Source of the DNA: Calditrichia bacterium
GTDB taxonomy: Bacteria > Calditrichota > Calditrichia > RBG-13-44-9 > J075
NCBI GenBank assembly: GCA_050633245.1
Contig: JBOEGD010000001.1
Location: forward strand, 240,463-304,462
Direction of reading: 5' to 3'
Length of the DNA: 64,000 nucleotides
Part shown: positions 47,614 through 58,304 of the stretch, one piece after another
Numbering within the stretch: position 1 is the stretch's first letter
How the letters are laid out: every line of letters begins with the position of its first letter
Notes under the pieces: generated by a model
What the model was told of the DNA's origin: nothing
Databases searched by the model: none
Seen by the model: only the letters and a program-made list of their open reading frames with translations
Program-made: the position numbers and the translations under genes

Positions 47614-48525
47614 TCAGAGTTCAGAATTCAGATTTTTATCCCGCAAACCTTTTGCAATCTGTAGATACACATTTTGAATCGACTGTTCGTATATATTGCG
47701 TCTATGAAATATTCGTGACCACCAGCGGCTGCCATGTAACATATTTACGTGCCACCAACCGATTTGGTTAAAATGATCTGCTCGCATCGGGAATTCATGT
47801 TGTTCAATGCGTTTTTTGGTACCATCTGATGCGTTTAGCGTACCTGTCCATTTCTGCGAGGATACCGGAACTAATCCGTCATTCTTACCTTCGTATTCCA
47901 GTATAATATTCCCTGAGAACTGAAAGGGTAGTAAAATTAAATCGTTTTCCTGCCAGCTTGAATACGTTTGATAGAAGACGCTGTTTTTTGCCTCTGCATT
48001 TTGTATACGCTTACCGAAGCGAATGCAAGCGTCAGTAGACAGATCGGCAAACCCATCCAACTCAATGAGTTTTTGCAGGAGTTTGATGAGGCCATTTCCT
48101 CCATTAGCAAGTCCCCAGTCGGCAAAGCTTGTTCCCAGGTGCGGCGTTCCAATCGTGGTAAGGGTTACCACATGCGGCTCCATACCTTCATCGACGATCA
48201 TCTTCCGAGCATCAAGGCCGCCCATACTGTGGCCAATGACGTGAAAACGTTCCTTCTTAGATTCCTTTATAATACGCTGGACTTCTTTGGTAAGATCCTT
48301 GGCACGCGTTTCAAGATCTTCTGCGAAACTTACGCTGGTATGATAAACCTCAAATCCATTGTTGCGCAAATGCGTTGCAATTAGACGAAAGTAGTGGAAG
48401 CGGTCGTAGAAAAATGGGTGGCGCGTCAGGCCCAGCTTACGTAAGAGCGAAAAAACAAGAATATCCGGTCGGGCGATTCCATGACTTAAAATGATAGGGT
48501 AGGGGGCAGTATTTTTTTCAGACAT
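47614..48525 (-). CDS. Alpha/beta hydrolase, family I lipase-like
   Basis: YPIILSHG, GHSMGG, TIGTPHLGT, NDGLVPVSSQ, ADHFNQIG. Confidence 0.92.
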   Translation of the reverse strand: MSEKNTAPYPIILSHGIARPDILVFSLLRKLGLTRHPFFYDRFHYFRLIATHLRNNGFEVYHTSVSFAEDLETRAKDLTKEVQRIIKESKKERFHVIGHSMGGLDARKMIVDEGMEPHVVTLTTIGTPHLGTSFADWGLANGGNGLIKLLQKLIELDGFADLSTDACIRFGKRIQNAEAKNSVFYQTYSSWQENDLILLPFQFSGNIILEYEGKNDGLVPVSSQKWTGTLNASDGTKKRIEQHEFPMRADHFNQIGWWHVNMLHGSRWWSRIFHRRNIYEQSIQNVYLQIAKGLRDKNLNSEL

Positions 48526-48937
48526 TTTACTTCCTCTCTAATAAACCTAAAAAAGCTGCGAGAATATACGCAGCACGCGGTAGCTGGACAACAATGGATA
48601 AAGTTCTTATGCTTATATGAATAATCTGGTTTCTGAACAGCGAAAACGCCAGCTCAATTCAATTTCTAGGGGATGGACGAACACTGGTTGTATATCTGGA
48701 TAGTAAGAGGAAATATCAGATGTTTCAATTCGATAATGTAGACCATTGATATACCCACCTCCTGTTATTTAAGAATTGCCTTGTCAAAATTTGTTTATAT
48801 CGCTGCATTTTGGTTTATTCTTAACATGCTTGCAATCCAATTGTGATTTTGCGCACAGGCTTAGCTGGCCTGTGCATTTTGCTGCCCCGTTTAATATGCG
48901 TGCTGTTGATTTTTCCATTAATCCGAAAGGAGGCTTT

Positions 48938-51733
48938 ATGCAAAGTAAAGCGGATAACTTGTATCGTAACATGTTGATGATGCTTTGCCTGCTGTTAGTT
49001 GGTTTTACGCAGGTATTAGCTCAATCAGGTAAAATTGTTGGTCAGGTAACGGATTCCCGTACCGGTCAACCTCTCGTTGGCGCTAACGTCTATGTGCTCG
49101 GCACACAGCTTGGTAGCGCAACGGACGTAGATGGCGTTTACTTTATTAATGTTCCAGCAGGAACGTACGAAGTAAGAACAGACTATGTATCCTATAAAAC
49201 CGGAACTGCTACTGTAGATGTTGTTTCAGGCGAGTCTACCGAGCAGAACTTTGCTTTGGGAACAGACTTTGTTGGAACTGATGAAGTTGTAATCGTTGGT
49301 TCACGTTTCTCCGGCCGAACTGTAATTGAATCACCGGTTCCGATTGATGTTATTACCGAAGCAGAAATTAAGCAGAGCGGTTTTTCTGAGACCACTCAGG
49401 TGTTGCAGCTGCTTATTCCTTCCTATAATGCACCGCAGCCGTCCATTACTGACGGTTCCGATCACATGCGGCCTGCTACGCTTCGCGGGCTTGGACCCGA
49501 TCAGGTTCTTATTCTTGTAAACGGCAAGCGTCGTCATACAAGCGCATTGGTTCACGTTAACGGTTCTATCGGTCGTGGTTCTACCGGTGTAGATATGAAC
49601 TCAATTCCTGCCGGATCTATCGAGCGTATCGAAGTATTACGTGATGGTGCATCTGCTCAGTACGGATCTGATGCTATTTCCGGAGTAATCAACGTTGTTC
49701 TTAAAGAAAACCTGGGTTTTGATGCGTCTGTAACCTACTCACAGTATATGAGTACGACCACACGCGGATTTACTGAAGCCGAAGGTAATCGTGAATCGGA
49801 TGACGCTACAACCTTTAATTGGGATGGTGATGGCGTTCTTGGTGCACCGGAAGATGTTGATTATGACGATGGCCAAACTACGAATTTGCACCTTGGTTAT
49901 GGTGCCAAGATTATGGGTGAAGGCCACCTTTACCTCTCCAGCCAGCTTCGTACGCGTGATCTGACGAACCGTGCAGGACTCGATCCGCGAACACAGTATA
50001 TAGATGATGGTAGCGGTACAAATACTGCAAATGAAGCAGCATTTGATCGCCTGAATCATCGTTTTGGTAATGGTGAATTCAACGATGTAAGCGTGGCATT
50101 CAACGGATATGTTCCGCTGAACGACGAAGGCACACAGCTCTATAGTTTTGGTGGCTTCAATAAACGTCACGGTGAGTCCGGCTGTTTTTATCGTCGTTCG
50201 CTGGATAATCGCACCGTTCGTGCAATCCACCCGGATGGCTTTCTGCCGATCATGAATAATGACCTTGAAGACCTGTCCGTAGCTGCCGGTATTAAAGGTG
50301 CTTATGGAAACTGGGCATACGACGCCAGTACCGTGTTTGGTAAGAACTCTTTCAACTTTGGTGTAGAGAACACCAACAATGCCTCTTTTGGTACTGCCAG
50401 TGCAACTGAGTTTGACGCCGGAACGCTGAAGTTTCAGCAGGCTACTTCAAATTTGGATATCCTGGGAACGGTTGATATTGGAACAGCGAAAGCACTGAAT
50501 ATCGCTTTTGGTGCTGAAACACGCTGGGAAAACTATAAGATCGATCCAGGTGAGCCGAATTCGCACTTAAACGGTGGCGAAACCGTTCTCGATGGTCCGA
50601 ACGCCGGTGCAGCAGCTCCGGTTGGCGCATCTTGTTTTCCGGGATTCTCAGGACGTAATGTTGCTGATGCTTCCCGCTTTGTGCTTGGTGCGTATGTCGA
50701 TCTGGAAAACAATCTGACTGATAACTTACTGTTGAGCTTTGCTGCTCGCGCTGAGAACTATAGTGACTTCGGTTCCCAGATCACCGGTAAATTAGCTGGT
50801 CGTTTTGAACTGGTTGAGGGCATTGCCCTGCGTGGAGCACTTTCAACAGGATATCGTGCTCCTTCACTTGCTCAGGCAAACTATTCTGCAATCGCAACCA
50901 ACTTTATTGACGGTGTTCCGTTCGAAGTTGGTACATTCCCGGTTGATGACCCGGTAGCACGTGCTCTTGGTGCAACGGATCTCGAAGCTGAAACATCTCT
51001 GAACATTAGTGCTGGTGTAACAGCATCCTTTGGTAACTTCTCTTTTACTGCTGATGCGTATCAGATCGCAATTGATGATCGAATCGTATTTACAGAGAAC
51101 TTTACCGGTAACGATATTCGTGACTTCCTTGGTGATTTCGGAATCGATGCCAATGGTGGTCGTTTCTTTACCAATGCACTGAATACTGAAACTCGTGGTA
51201 TTGACATTGTTGGACGATTCGGAACCGATCTTGGTCCCGGCCTTCTACGTCTTACCGCTGCTGTTGCGTTTAACGAAACAGAAATTACCAATAAGGATGA
51301 AATTAACACCCCGGCTGCTCTTGCTGCAGTTACCGATCAGGTTCTTCTTGGTCGTGTAGAGCAGGGGCGTTTTGAGTCCGGCCAGCCGCAAGACAAGATC
51401 AACTTGTCTGCAAACTATCAGGTAAGTGCGATTAGCCTTACCGGCCGTGTTCAGCGTTATGGTGAAGTAACCGGCTTCAATAGTGCAGCTCCGGTAAATG
51501 GCGTAAATCCTCGTGATCAGTTATTTGCTTCCAAGTGGTTGACGGATCTGGAAATTGGTTACAAGCTTACCAAAGGCATGAACATTGCTGTTGGATCGAA
51601 TAACCTGCTCGACGTTTATCCTGACAAGCAGCTAAAAGCGAACAGTTTCAACGGAATCTTCCCGTATAGCGGACTGTCTCCATTTGGTTTCTTTGGTCGC
51701 AGCGTTTATGCACGTTTGGATCTTAGCATATAA
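48938..51733 (+). CDS. TonB-dependent receptor with N-terminal carboxypeptidase-regulatory-like domain
   Basis: GQVTD..PLVGANV; plug LRGLGPDQVLILVNGKRRH, IERIEVLRDGASAQYGSDAI; end SPFGFFGRSVYARL. AGGAGG RBS. Confidence 0.95.
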   Translation: MQSKADNLYRNMLMMLCLLLVGFTQVLAQSGKIVGQVTDSRTGQPLVGANVYVLGTQLGSATDVDGVYFINVPAGTYEVRTDYVSYKTGTATVDVVSGESTEQNFALGTDFVGTDEVVIVGSRFSGRTVIESPVPIDVITEAEIKQSGFSETTQVLQLLIPSYNAPQPSITDGSDHMRPATLRGLGPDQVLILVNGKRRHTSALVHVNGSIGRGSTGVDMNSIPAGSIERIEVLRDGASAQYGSDAISGVINVVLKENLGFDASVTYSQYMSTTTRGFTEAEGNRESDDATTFNWDGDGVLGAPEDVDYDDGQTTNLHLGYGAKIMGEGHLYLSSQLRTRDLTNRAGLDPRTQYIDDGSGTNTANEAAFDRLNHRFGNGEFNDVSVAFNGYVPLNDEGTQLYSFGGFNKRHGESGCFYRRSLDNRTVRAIHPDGFLPIMNNDLEDLSVAAGIKGAYGNWAYDASTVFGKNSFNFGVENTNNASFGTASATEFDAGTLKFQQATSNLDILGTVDIGTAKALNIAFGAETRWENYKIDPGEPNSHLNGGETVLDGPNAGAAAPVGASCFPGFSGRNVADASRFVLGAYVDLENNLTDNLLLSFAARAENYSDFGSQITGKLAGRFELVEGIALRGALSTGYRAPSLAQANYSAIATNFIDGVPFEVGTFPVDDPVARALGATDLEAETSLNISAGVTASFGNFSFTADAYQIAIDDRIVFTENFTGNDIRDFLGDFGIDANGGRFFTNALNTETRGIDIVGRFGTDLGPGLLRLTAAVAFNETEITNKDEINTPAALAAVTDQVLLGRVEQGRFESGQPQDKINLSANYQVSAISLTGRVQRYGEVTGFNSAAPVNGVNPRDQLFASKWLTDLEIGYKLTKGMNIAVGSNNLLDVYPDKQLKANSFNGIFPYSGLSPFGFFGRSVYARLDLSI

Positions 51734-51789
51734 TCATGTTATATTGGTGCGTATGATTGCACCTAAAATACATGACAGATAGAATTTAT

Positions 51790-51828
51790 CCTGCCTCAGG
51801 ACCGTAAGGTTTTGAGGCAGGCTTTTTT
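51790..51828 (+). terminator. Rho-independent terminator
   Basis: CCTGCCTCAGGACC-GTAA-GGTTTTGAGGCAGG-CTTTTTT. Confidence 0.85.
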
Positions 51829-51866
51829 ACAGCTGTATTACTAATACCAGAACATTGGAGAAATGT

Positions 51867-53573
51867 ATGCAATTCCGAAACCGTGTCCTGCATGTCCTTC
51901 TTTTACTAACAATTGGGGCGTTCTTTTCATCTATTTTAGCGCAAAAGTGGCCGGAGTATGCCCATAAAGGTGTGGTCTCTTCTGCACAAAAGATTGCATC
52001 ACAAATCGGTGTTGATATCCTAAAGCAAGGCGGTAATGCCGTTGATGCCGCGGTTGCAACCGGTTTCGCAAAAGCCGTTGTTTATCCGGCAGCCGGAAAT
52101 ATCGGTGGTGGCGGATTTATGGTGATTCGCATGGCAGATGGAACTACTGCCGGTATCGACTATCGCGAAAAAGCTCCTGCAGCTGCGCACGAGAAGATGT
52201 ATCTGGATGAAGAAGGAAAACTGGTGCGCAACCTGAATCACGAGGGATATCTGGCAGTCGGCGTTCCGGGAACGGTTGCAGGATTTGTTGTCGCACTTAA
52301 GAAGTTTGGAACGATGTCTTTGGCAGAGGTAATTCAACCTGCCATCGACCTCGCTGAAAAAGGATTTCCGGTTACCTTCGGTTTACATCGGGACTTCTCT
52401 TACCTGAAAAAATCTTTTTCGCGATACCCCGCCTCTGTAAAAGCCATTTACAAAGAAGACGGCTCTGTTTATCAGCCCGGTGAAATTTGGGTTCAAAAGG
52501 ATCTTGCCGAAACGCTGAAGCGCATACGCGATAAAGGACATGATGGTTTTTATAAAGGCACGACCGCCAAGCTTATGGAAAAGGCAATGAAGGCAAATGG
52601 CGGAATGATTACTGCCAAGGATATGGGTGAATATCAGGCCGTTGTCCGCGACCTGGTAGAATTCGATTACCGTGGTTATACCATTCACTCTATGTATCCG
52701 CCGAGCTCCGGTGGAATTACTATGGCTATGACAATGAATCAGCTGGAAAAATTTGATCTTGCAGCAGCAGGACACAACAGTGCGCGCTATGTGCATTTAG
52801 TTGCGGAGGCAATGCGAAGATCTTTTTCTCAGCGCGCTAAATATCTTGGTGACCCGGATTTCAACCCGGATATGCCGATAGCTAAGCTGATTTCTCAAAA
52901 GAATGGTGATGAACTTGCAGCTACTATTAATGAAACTAAAGCGACCAGAAGTTCAGCGGAGAGTTTTGTTTGGGCGAATGAGTCGGAAGAAACCACCCAT
53001 TACTCTGTGGTCGATGCTGCGGGCAATATGGTGTCCAATACCTATACGCTTGAGTATTGGTATGGCTCGAAGATTGTTCTGGATGGTGCCGGTTTTATTA
53101 TGAATAATGAAATGGGTGACTTTAACCCATGGCCGGGGCACACAGACAGCACCGGACTGATTGGAACGGATCCCAATCTGGTGCGACCTGGCAAGCGTAT
53201 GCTTTCTTCGATGACGCCTTCGATTGTTACTAAAGATGGCAAGAATATGATGGCGATTGGATCACCGGGTGGACGAACGATTATCAACACCGTTACCCAG
53301 TGCATCTTAAACGTGATCGATTTTGATATGAATATTTTTGAAGCGGTCAATGCACCGCGATTCCACCATCAATGGTTACCGGACTATATTTATCCCGAAA
53401 AGGCCGCCTTTTCCGCAGACACTGAAAAGCTGCTGATTGAGATGGGACATCGTGTGAACCATCGACGCAATACGATTGGTCGTGCTAATGGTGTAATGAT
53501 TGATCTTGAGACCGGCTGGCGCAGTGGCGCTGCTGATCCACGTGCACCGGATGGTGGAGCTGTAGGGTATTAA
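51867..53573 (+). CDS. ggt: Gamma-glutamyltransferase
   Basis: GGNAVDAAVA, GNIGGGGF, DYREKAP, catalytic ETTHYSVVD, NNEMGDF, SSMTP, GSPGG, ADPR; signal peptide. Confidence 0.96.
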   Translation: MQFRNRVLHVLLLLTIGAFFSSILAQKWPEYAHKGVVSSAQKIASQIGVDILKQGGNAVDAAVATGFAKAVVYPAAGNIGGGGFMVIRMADGTTAGIDYREKAPAAAHEKMYLDEEGKLVRNLNHEGYLAVGVPGTVAGFVVALKKFGTMSLAEVIQPAIDLAEKGFPVTFGLHRDFSYLKKSFSRYPASVKAIYKEDGSVYQPGEIWVQKDLAETLKRIRDKGHDGFYKGTTAKLMEKAMKANGGMITAKDMGEYQAVVRDLVEFDYRGYTIHSMYPPSSGGITMAMTMNQLEKFDLAAAGHNSARYVHLVAEAMRRSFSQRAKYLGDPDFNPDMPIAKLISQKNGDELAATINETKATRSSAESFVWANESEETTHYSVVDAAGNMVSNTYTLEYWYGSKIVLDGAGFIMNNEMGDFNPWPGHTDSTGLIGTDPNLVRPGKRMLSSMTPSIVTKDGKNMMAIGSPGGRTIINTVTQCILNVIDFDMNIFEAVNAPRFHHQWLPDYIYPEKAAFSADTEKLLIEMGHRVNHRRNTIGRANGVMIDLETGWRSGAADPRAPDGGAVGY

Positions 53574-53597
53574 ATACAGATCGCTTTGCTGTCAGAT

Positions 53598-53740
53598 CGC
53601 TTCGGCCTGCGGCCTATGCTTGTAGGTGGTAGGCCGCTTCGCTTGTAGGTACCTACAAGCGAATCCGAGATATCAGACGAGCGTCCTACCTACTACCAGC
53701 CCGACATAGGAGGGCGGCCTATCAGCCCATTCGGGGCATC
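53598..53740. repeat. Palindromic/modular repeat cluster between convergent genes
   Basis: Perfect 26-bp palindrome TTCGCTTGTAGGT|ACCTACAAGCGAA (53638-53663); TACCAGCCCGACATAGGAGGGCG (53694-53716) is the reverse complement of the unit at 23347/23404. Confidence 0.75.
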
Positions 53741-53743
53741 CTA

Positions 53744-54307
53744 TCAGTTCAACGTTTCCTTAACCGTGCCACAGTGTAGCATCGCATCGCCAAAGTAAGG
53801 GTTGACTACTTTCTCTGAATCGCTAAGCCAGTCGGCCCCCGTATTGTCGAAAGCCATTGGGCAATGCTGAACATACAGCGTGGAACCGTCTGTTCCCATG
53901 TCCTGCACCGTAGCTATAAGTGCCTGTGAAAGTGCAGAGAAGGCACTTCGTTGCTGCTCAAGATCTGCTTTGGTAAGCAGGAAACTACTCTTTGCCGCTA
54001 AATCCGCACTGCGGATTACCCAGCGCTGCTTATTCTCTGCAGAAAGTGCCATAATGTCAAATGTCCCCAATGCCTTTCCAAAAGCCGCTGATGTTTCAGC
54101 AGCCTTTTTACTGTTTCCAGACACCAGCGCATCTTTTATATCCAGATAGGGAATTATCAAAGAGTTCATCGCTTTTTGACTCTTGCTCATTTCCATTACT
54201 TGCCCAATTGTCTCAGGTGTATCAATCTTTGGTGGTTTTTCTGAATTACAGGCTGTAGATACCCAAATACATCCAATTACCAGTAAAAACATGCTAAGAG
54301 TTCTCAT
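53744..54307 (-). CDS. DUF3347-type lipoprotein associated with metal efflux
   Basis: Lipobox STAC; YLDIKDALV, QRSAF..LS, YVQHCPMAF..GADWLS..NPYFG..MLHCG. Confidence 0.88.
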   Translation of the reverse strand: MRTLSMFLLVIGCIWVSTACNSEKPPKIDTPETIGQVMEMSKSQKAMNSLIIPYLDIKDALVSGNSKKAAETSAAFGKALGTFDIMALSAENKQRWVIRSADLAAKSSFLLTKADLEQQRSAFSALSQALIATVQDMGTDGSTLYVQHCPMAFDNTGADWLSDSEKVVNPYFGDAMLHCGTVKETLN

Positions 54308-54330
54308 GATATGCTCCATTGTTTGGTGTG

Positions 54331-54365
54331 CAAAGTTCAAAGTTCAAAGTTCAAAGTTCAATGTT
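54331..54365. repeat. Heptamer tandem repeat (CAAAGTT)x4 + CAATGTT
   Basis: Read directly from the sequence; intergenic. Confidence 0.9.
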
Positions 54366-54427
54366 CTAAAAGTGAAAAGGCAATATCCCCCATGTCTCCC
54401 TGCTCCCGTGTCTCCTTTTCGGCCCGC

Positions 54428-57400
54428 TTACTGCCCCTTCAAGAGCTCTCGTTCCTTAACAGATGCATACAACACCGGCACCAGGAATAACGTTAGAAGA
54501 GCCAGTAACATACCACCGAAAGAGGGAATTGCCATCGGTATCATTATATCCGAACCTCTACCGGTAGAGGTAAGAATGGGTAGAAGAGCTAATAGTGTTG
54601 TTGCTGCCGTCATCAATGCCGGACGTAGTCTTTTTTCGCCAGCTTCAACTGCTGCACTGTGAATTTCTTCCGTTGTTGCCGGAGAACGTTCAGAAAAGAC
54701 CTGATCCAGATAAGTCGCAACAATTACTCCATTGTCAGAGGCGATGCCAAATAGCGCTAGAAAACCGACCCAAATTGCTACGCTTAAATTAACCGTGTCA
54801 ATTTGAAAAAGTGTGCGCATATCGTGACCCAATAAGGAAAAATTTAGAAACCATGGCTGACCATAAAGCCAGATCATTATAAATCCCCCGGCCCAAGCTA
54901 CCAGAATGCCTGAAAATACCATTGAGGTGGTAGATACTGTTTTAAACTGAAAATAGAGAATCAGGAATATGACAAATAGTGCCAAAGGCAGAATGATTGT
55001 GAGTCTTTTCTCTGAGCGAACTTGATTCTCGTAACTTCCTGTGAATGTGTAGCTTATCCCGGCGGGAAGCTGCAACTGGCCTTCATCTATTTTCCGCTGC
55101 AAATGGGCTTGGGCCTGCTGAACGACATCCACTTCGGCAAACCCGGGACGCTTGTCGAAAACCACATAGCCGGTTATGAAGGTGTCTTCACTTTTAATTA
55201 CTTGTGGACCGCGAACGTAGTTGATGGTAGCCAATTGCTTCAGTGGAATCTGAGCGCCGGAAGGGGAAGCGACAAAGATCTTCTCAATATCTTCCAGGGA
55301 ATTGCGTCTTTCTCGTGGATAGCGTAAGCGAACGGCATAGCGTTCACGACCTTCAATCGTCGTTGTTATAGCTTTACCTCCAATGGCAACCTCAATTACG
55401 TTTTGCACCTGCATAAGATTTATGCCATAGCGAGCAATGGACATTCTGTCAATGTCAATTTCCAGATAGGGCTTGCCGATAATGCGATCCGCCAAAACAG
55501 CTGCAGGTTCGACACCCGGCACCTGTTTCAAAAGCTGTTCTATTTGCATCCCCACTTTTTCAATAGTTACCAGATCCGGCCCTTTAATCTTTACGCCCAT
55601 TGGGGCACGCAAGCCGCTTTGTAGCATAACAATACGTGCAGCAATTGGCTGAAGCCTGGGAGCTGAAGTGCTGCCGGGCATCCTTCCCGCCAAAACAATT
55701 GCATCCCAGATATCGTTGTCTCGAACAATGCCAGTCCAGGCTTTGCGACCATCATTCAGCTTCGGATCCAGAGCTGGTCGCCACTGTCTGAAGGGAACGC
55801 CGCTTTTATCGAGTATTAACAGTCCTGTTTCGTCGCGAATAAAAGTACCTTGTACCCGATAGGGAATGCCATCGGGTGCCGCAAGAGGATTACCACTTAC
55901 ATCACGAAAGAAATCGATAGAGTCAACTTCGAAGCGAAAGCGTTGCTGTCTGCCGAACTCATCCACGCGGTATTCCGACTTATAATTAATAATAGTTTCA
56001 ATCATGGATATCGGTGCCGGATCGAGTGGTGTTTCGGCACGACCCAGCTTGCCAACGGCCGATTCGATTTCCGGAATACTGTTGAAAGACATATTTTGCT
56101 TACGAATAACGTCGAGTGCCTCACCGATAGAGGCATGCGGCATGGTGGTTGGCATATAAAGATACGATCCTTCGTCAAGTGGCGGCATGAATTCTTTGCC
56201 AAGACCCGGAAAAGCATGTGCGGTGGCAGATATTGGCGCAAACGTGCGAACCACTTGCGGCAGCCATCCAAAGAAAGAATTAAATCCGAGCCAGATCATT
56301 AATCCCAAAAATGTTACGACACTGATGATGGAGAGAAAAATTCCGCGCTTTTCTAAAGCCCAGCGTAACATTTTACTGTAGTGGCGTTGAAACATCCAAA
56401 ATGCTCCCAGCAACCCACCAATTAGGAAGCCGACAAACAAAAAATTGCCAATTAAGCCACTCTTATTACCGAGTGGTAGCCATGCACCAGCGAGGATTAA
56501 TGCTACGATGAGAACGGTAAAGTAAGTTCTGAATGCCGGCAGGTGTTCCTGAAGAGCAAGAGGAGTTTGCGTTCGAATAAATGGCCATGCACCAATCGCA
56601 ATGACAAGTAGACCAATCCAGAAGTTGAAAATGAAAATTGCAGTAATGCCGGATAGTATCAGTCCGATATTAATAATGGGGCGCCATTGTCGTTCTTTAA
56701 ATTTTTCGCTGAACAACAAATGAGCCAGCGGCGGGATAATGGTAATGGCAACGACAACCGATGCAATCAATGCAAAGGTCTTGGTAAAAGCCAGCGGCCT
56801 AAACAACTTTCCTTCGGCAGCCTCCATTGTAAAGACTGGTAAAAAACTGACCACAGTTGTAGCCACTGCCGTAACAACGGCGCTACTAACTTCAATAGAC
56901 GCTCGATAGATAGTATGCAGACTGCTTTCACCTGAGTCAGCATTTTTCAGATGTTTTAAAATATTCTCTGTAATAACAATTCCCATATCAACCATTGTGC
57001 CTACAGCAATGGCGATACCTGATAGCGCCACAATATTTGCATCAACTCCGAAATGCTTCATGGCAATAAATGTAATCAGCACCGCTATTGGCAAAAGCCC
57101 TGAAATCAACAGTGCGCTGCGTAGATGCATTACCATCAATAATACGACTATAATTGTAACAAGGATCTGCTGATACAGCGCATCGTTCAATGTGCCCAAT
57201 GTCTCATTTATCAACCCGGAGCGGTCGTAAAACGGGATGATTTTAACCTGACTCTCTGTGCCATCTGCAAGCATTTTTTTGGGTAAGCCGGGCTCGATTT
57301 CGCGGATCTTTTCCTTCAGAAGATTAATTGCTGCCATTGGATTCTCACCATACCGAACTACTGCAACTCCACCCACTGCTTCTGCACCTCCTTTGTCCAG

Positions 57401-58303
57401 AGCACCACGACGAAGTGCTGGTCCCAGTGTAACAGCTGCAATGTTGCGGACAAAAATAGGAACGTTGTTGTCTACTGTTACAACGGAGTTCTCAATGTCC
57501 TCAATTGTCTTGATAAAGCCCCGCCCGCGAATGACATACTCCACACTATTGATTTCGATCGTTCTGGCGCCAACATCCTGGTTAGACATCTTTACTGCCT
57601 GAAAGACCTGCTCAAGGCTGATGCCATAGGCGCGTAGCGCGTCCGGATCGACATCGATCTGATATTCCTGCACGAAACCGCCAACTGAAGCCACTTCACT
57701 TATTCCTTCAGAGGACATTAGGGAGTAGCGAACATACCAATCCTGAATGGTGCGTAGTTCCTGTAAATCCCAACCACCAGTCGGATTCCCCTCTTTGTCT
57801 CTCCCTTCCAGGGTATACCAGAAAACTTGCCCCAGTGCAGTGGCATCCGGGCCAAGCATGGGTTTAACGTCCGATGGCAGGGTGCCGGCTGGCAGACTGT
57901 TTAGCTTCTCCAGAATTCGTGAACGCGACCAGTAAAACTCGACATCCTCTTTAAAAATGACATAGATACTGGAAAAGCCGAACATGGAAAAGCTGCGCAC
58001 CGTTTTCACACCCGGAACACCGAGCAGTGAAACCGTCATTGGATAAGTGATTTGATCTTCAATGTCCTGTGGTGATCTTCCCGGCCACTTTGTAAAAACA
58101 ATCTGCTGATTCTCACCGAGATCCGGAATGGCGTCGACCGGTACCGGAGTACGAGGTAGGCCAAAGACATCCCAGTCGAAGGGGGCAACCATTGCACCCC
58201 AAAACAGAGTGAATAAAAGTAGAAGGACAACAACCAAACGGTTGTACAGGCAAAACAGAATGATTCGTCCCAGCAGCGAATTAGGTTGAGGAGGTGTTTT
58301 CAT
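54428..58303 (-). CDS. cusA: CusA/CzcA family heavy-metal RND permease
   Basis: VDAIPDLGENQQIV, FYWSRSRILE, LGPDATALG, GIAIAVGTMVD, KEFMPPLDEG, KRLRPALMT, GRGSDIM.PMA.P. Confidence 0.93.
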   Translation of the reverse strand: MKTPPQPNSLLGRIILFCLYNRLVVVLLLLFTLFWGAMVAPFDWDVFGLPRTPVPVDAIPDLGENQQIVFTKWPGRSPQDIEDQITYPMTVSLLGVPGVKTVRSFSMFGFSSIYVIFKEDVEFYWSRSRILEKLNSLPAGTLPSDVKPMLGPDATALGQVFWYTLEGRDKEGNPTGGWDLQELRTIQDWYVRYSLMSSEGISEVASVGGFVQEYQIDVDPDALRAYGISLEQVFQAVKMSNQDVGARTIEINSVEYVIRGRGFIKTIEDIENSVVTVDNNVPIFVRNIAAVTLGPALRRGALDKGGAEAVGGVAVVRYGENPMAAINLLKEKIREIEPGLPKKMLADGTESQVKIIPFYDRSGLINETLGTLNDALYQQILVTIIVVLLMVMHLRSALLISGLLPIAVLITFIAMKHFGVDANIVALSGIAIAVGTMVDMGIVITENILKHLKNADSGESSLHTIYRASIEVSSAVVTAVATTVVSFLPVFTMEAAEGKLFRPLAFTKTFALIASVVVAITIIPPLAHLLFSEKFKERQWRPIINIGLILSGITAIFIFNFWIGLLVIAIGAWPFIRTQTPLALQEHLPAFRTYFTVLIVALILAGAWLPLGNKSGLIGNFLFVGFLIGGLLGAFWMFQRHYSKMLRWALEKRGIFLSIISVVTFLGLMIWLGFNSFFGWLPQVVRTFAPISATAHAFPGLGKEFMPPLDEGSYLYMPTTMPHASIGEALDVIRKQNMSFNSIPEIESAVGKLGRAETPLDPAPISMIETIINYKSEYRVDEFGRQQRFRFEVDSIDFFRDVSGNPLAAPDGIPYRVQGTFIRDETGLLILDKSGVPFRQWRPALDPKLNDGRKAWTGIVRDNDIWDAIVLAGRMPGSTSAPRLQPIAARIVMLQSGLRAPMGVKIKGPDLVTIEKVGMQIEQLLKQVPGVEPAAVLADRIIGKPYLEIDIDRMSIARYGINLMQVQNVIEVAIGGKAITTTIEGRERYAVRLRYPRERRNSLEDIEKIFVASPSGAQIPLKQLATINYVRGPQVIKSEDTFITGYVVFDKRPGFAEVDVVQQAQAHLQRKIDEGQLQLPAGISYTFTGSYENQVRSEKRLTIILPLALFVIFLILYFQFKTVSTTSMVFSGILVAWAGGFIMIWLYGQPWFLNFSLLGHDMRTLFQIDTVNLSVAIWVGFLALFGIASDNGVIVATYLDQVFSERSPATTEEIHSAAVEAGEKRLRPALMTAATTLLALLPILTSTGRGSDIMIPMAIPSFGGMLLALLTLFLVPVLYASVKERELLKGQ

Positions 58304-58304
58304 A

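Noticed and set aside
48526-48937. Riboswitch upstream of the TonB receptor
   Set aside because: No cobalamin, TPP or SAM consensus seen; only a short hairpin GCACAGGC..GCCTGTGC at 48853-48875.
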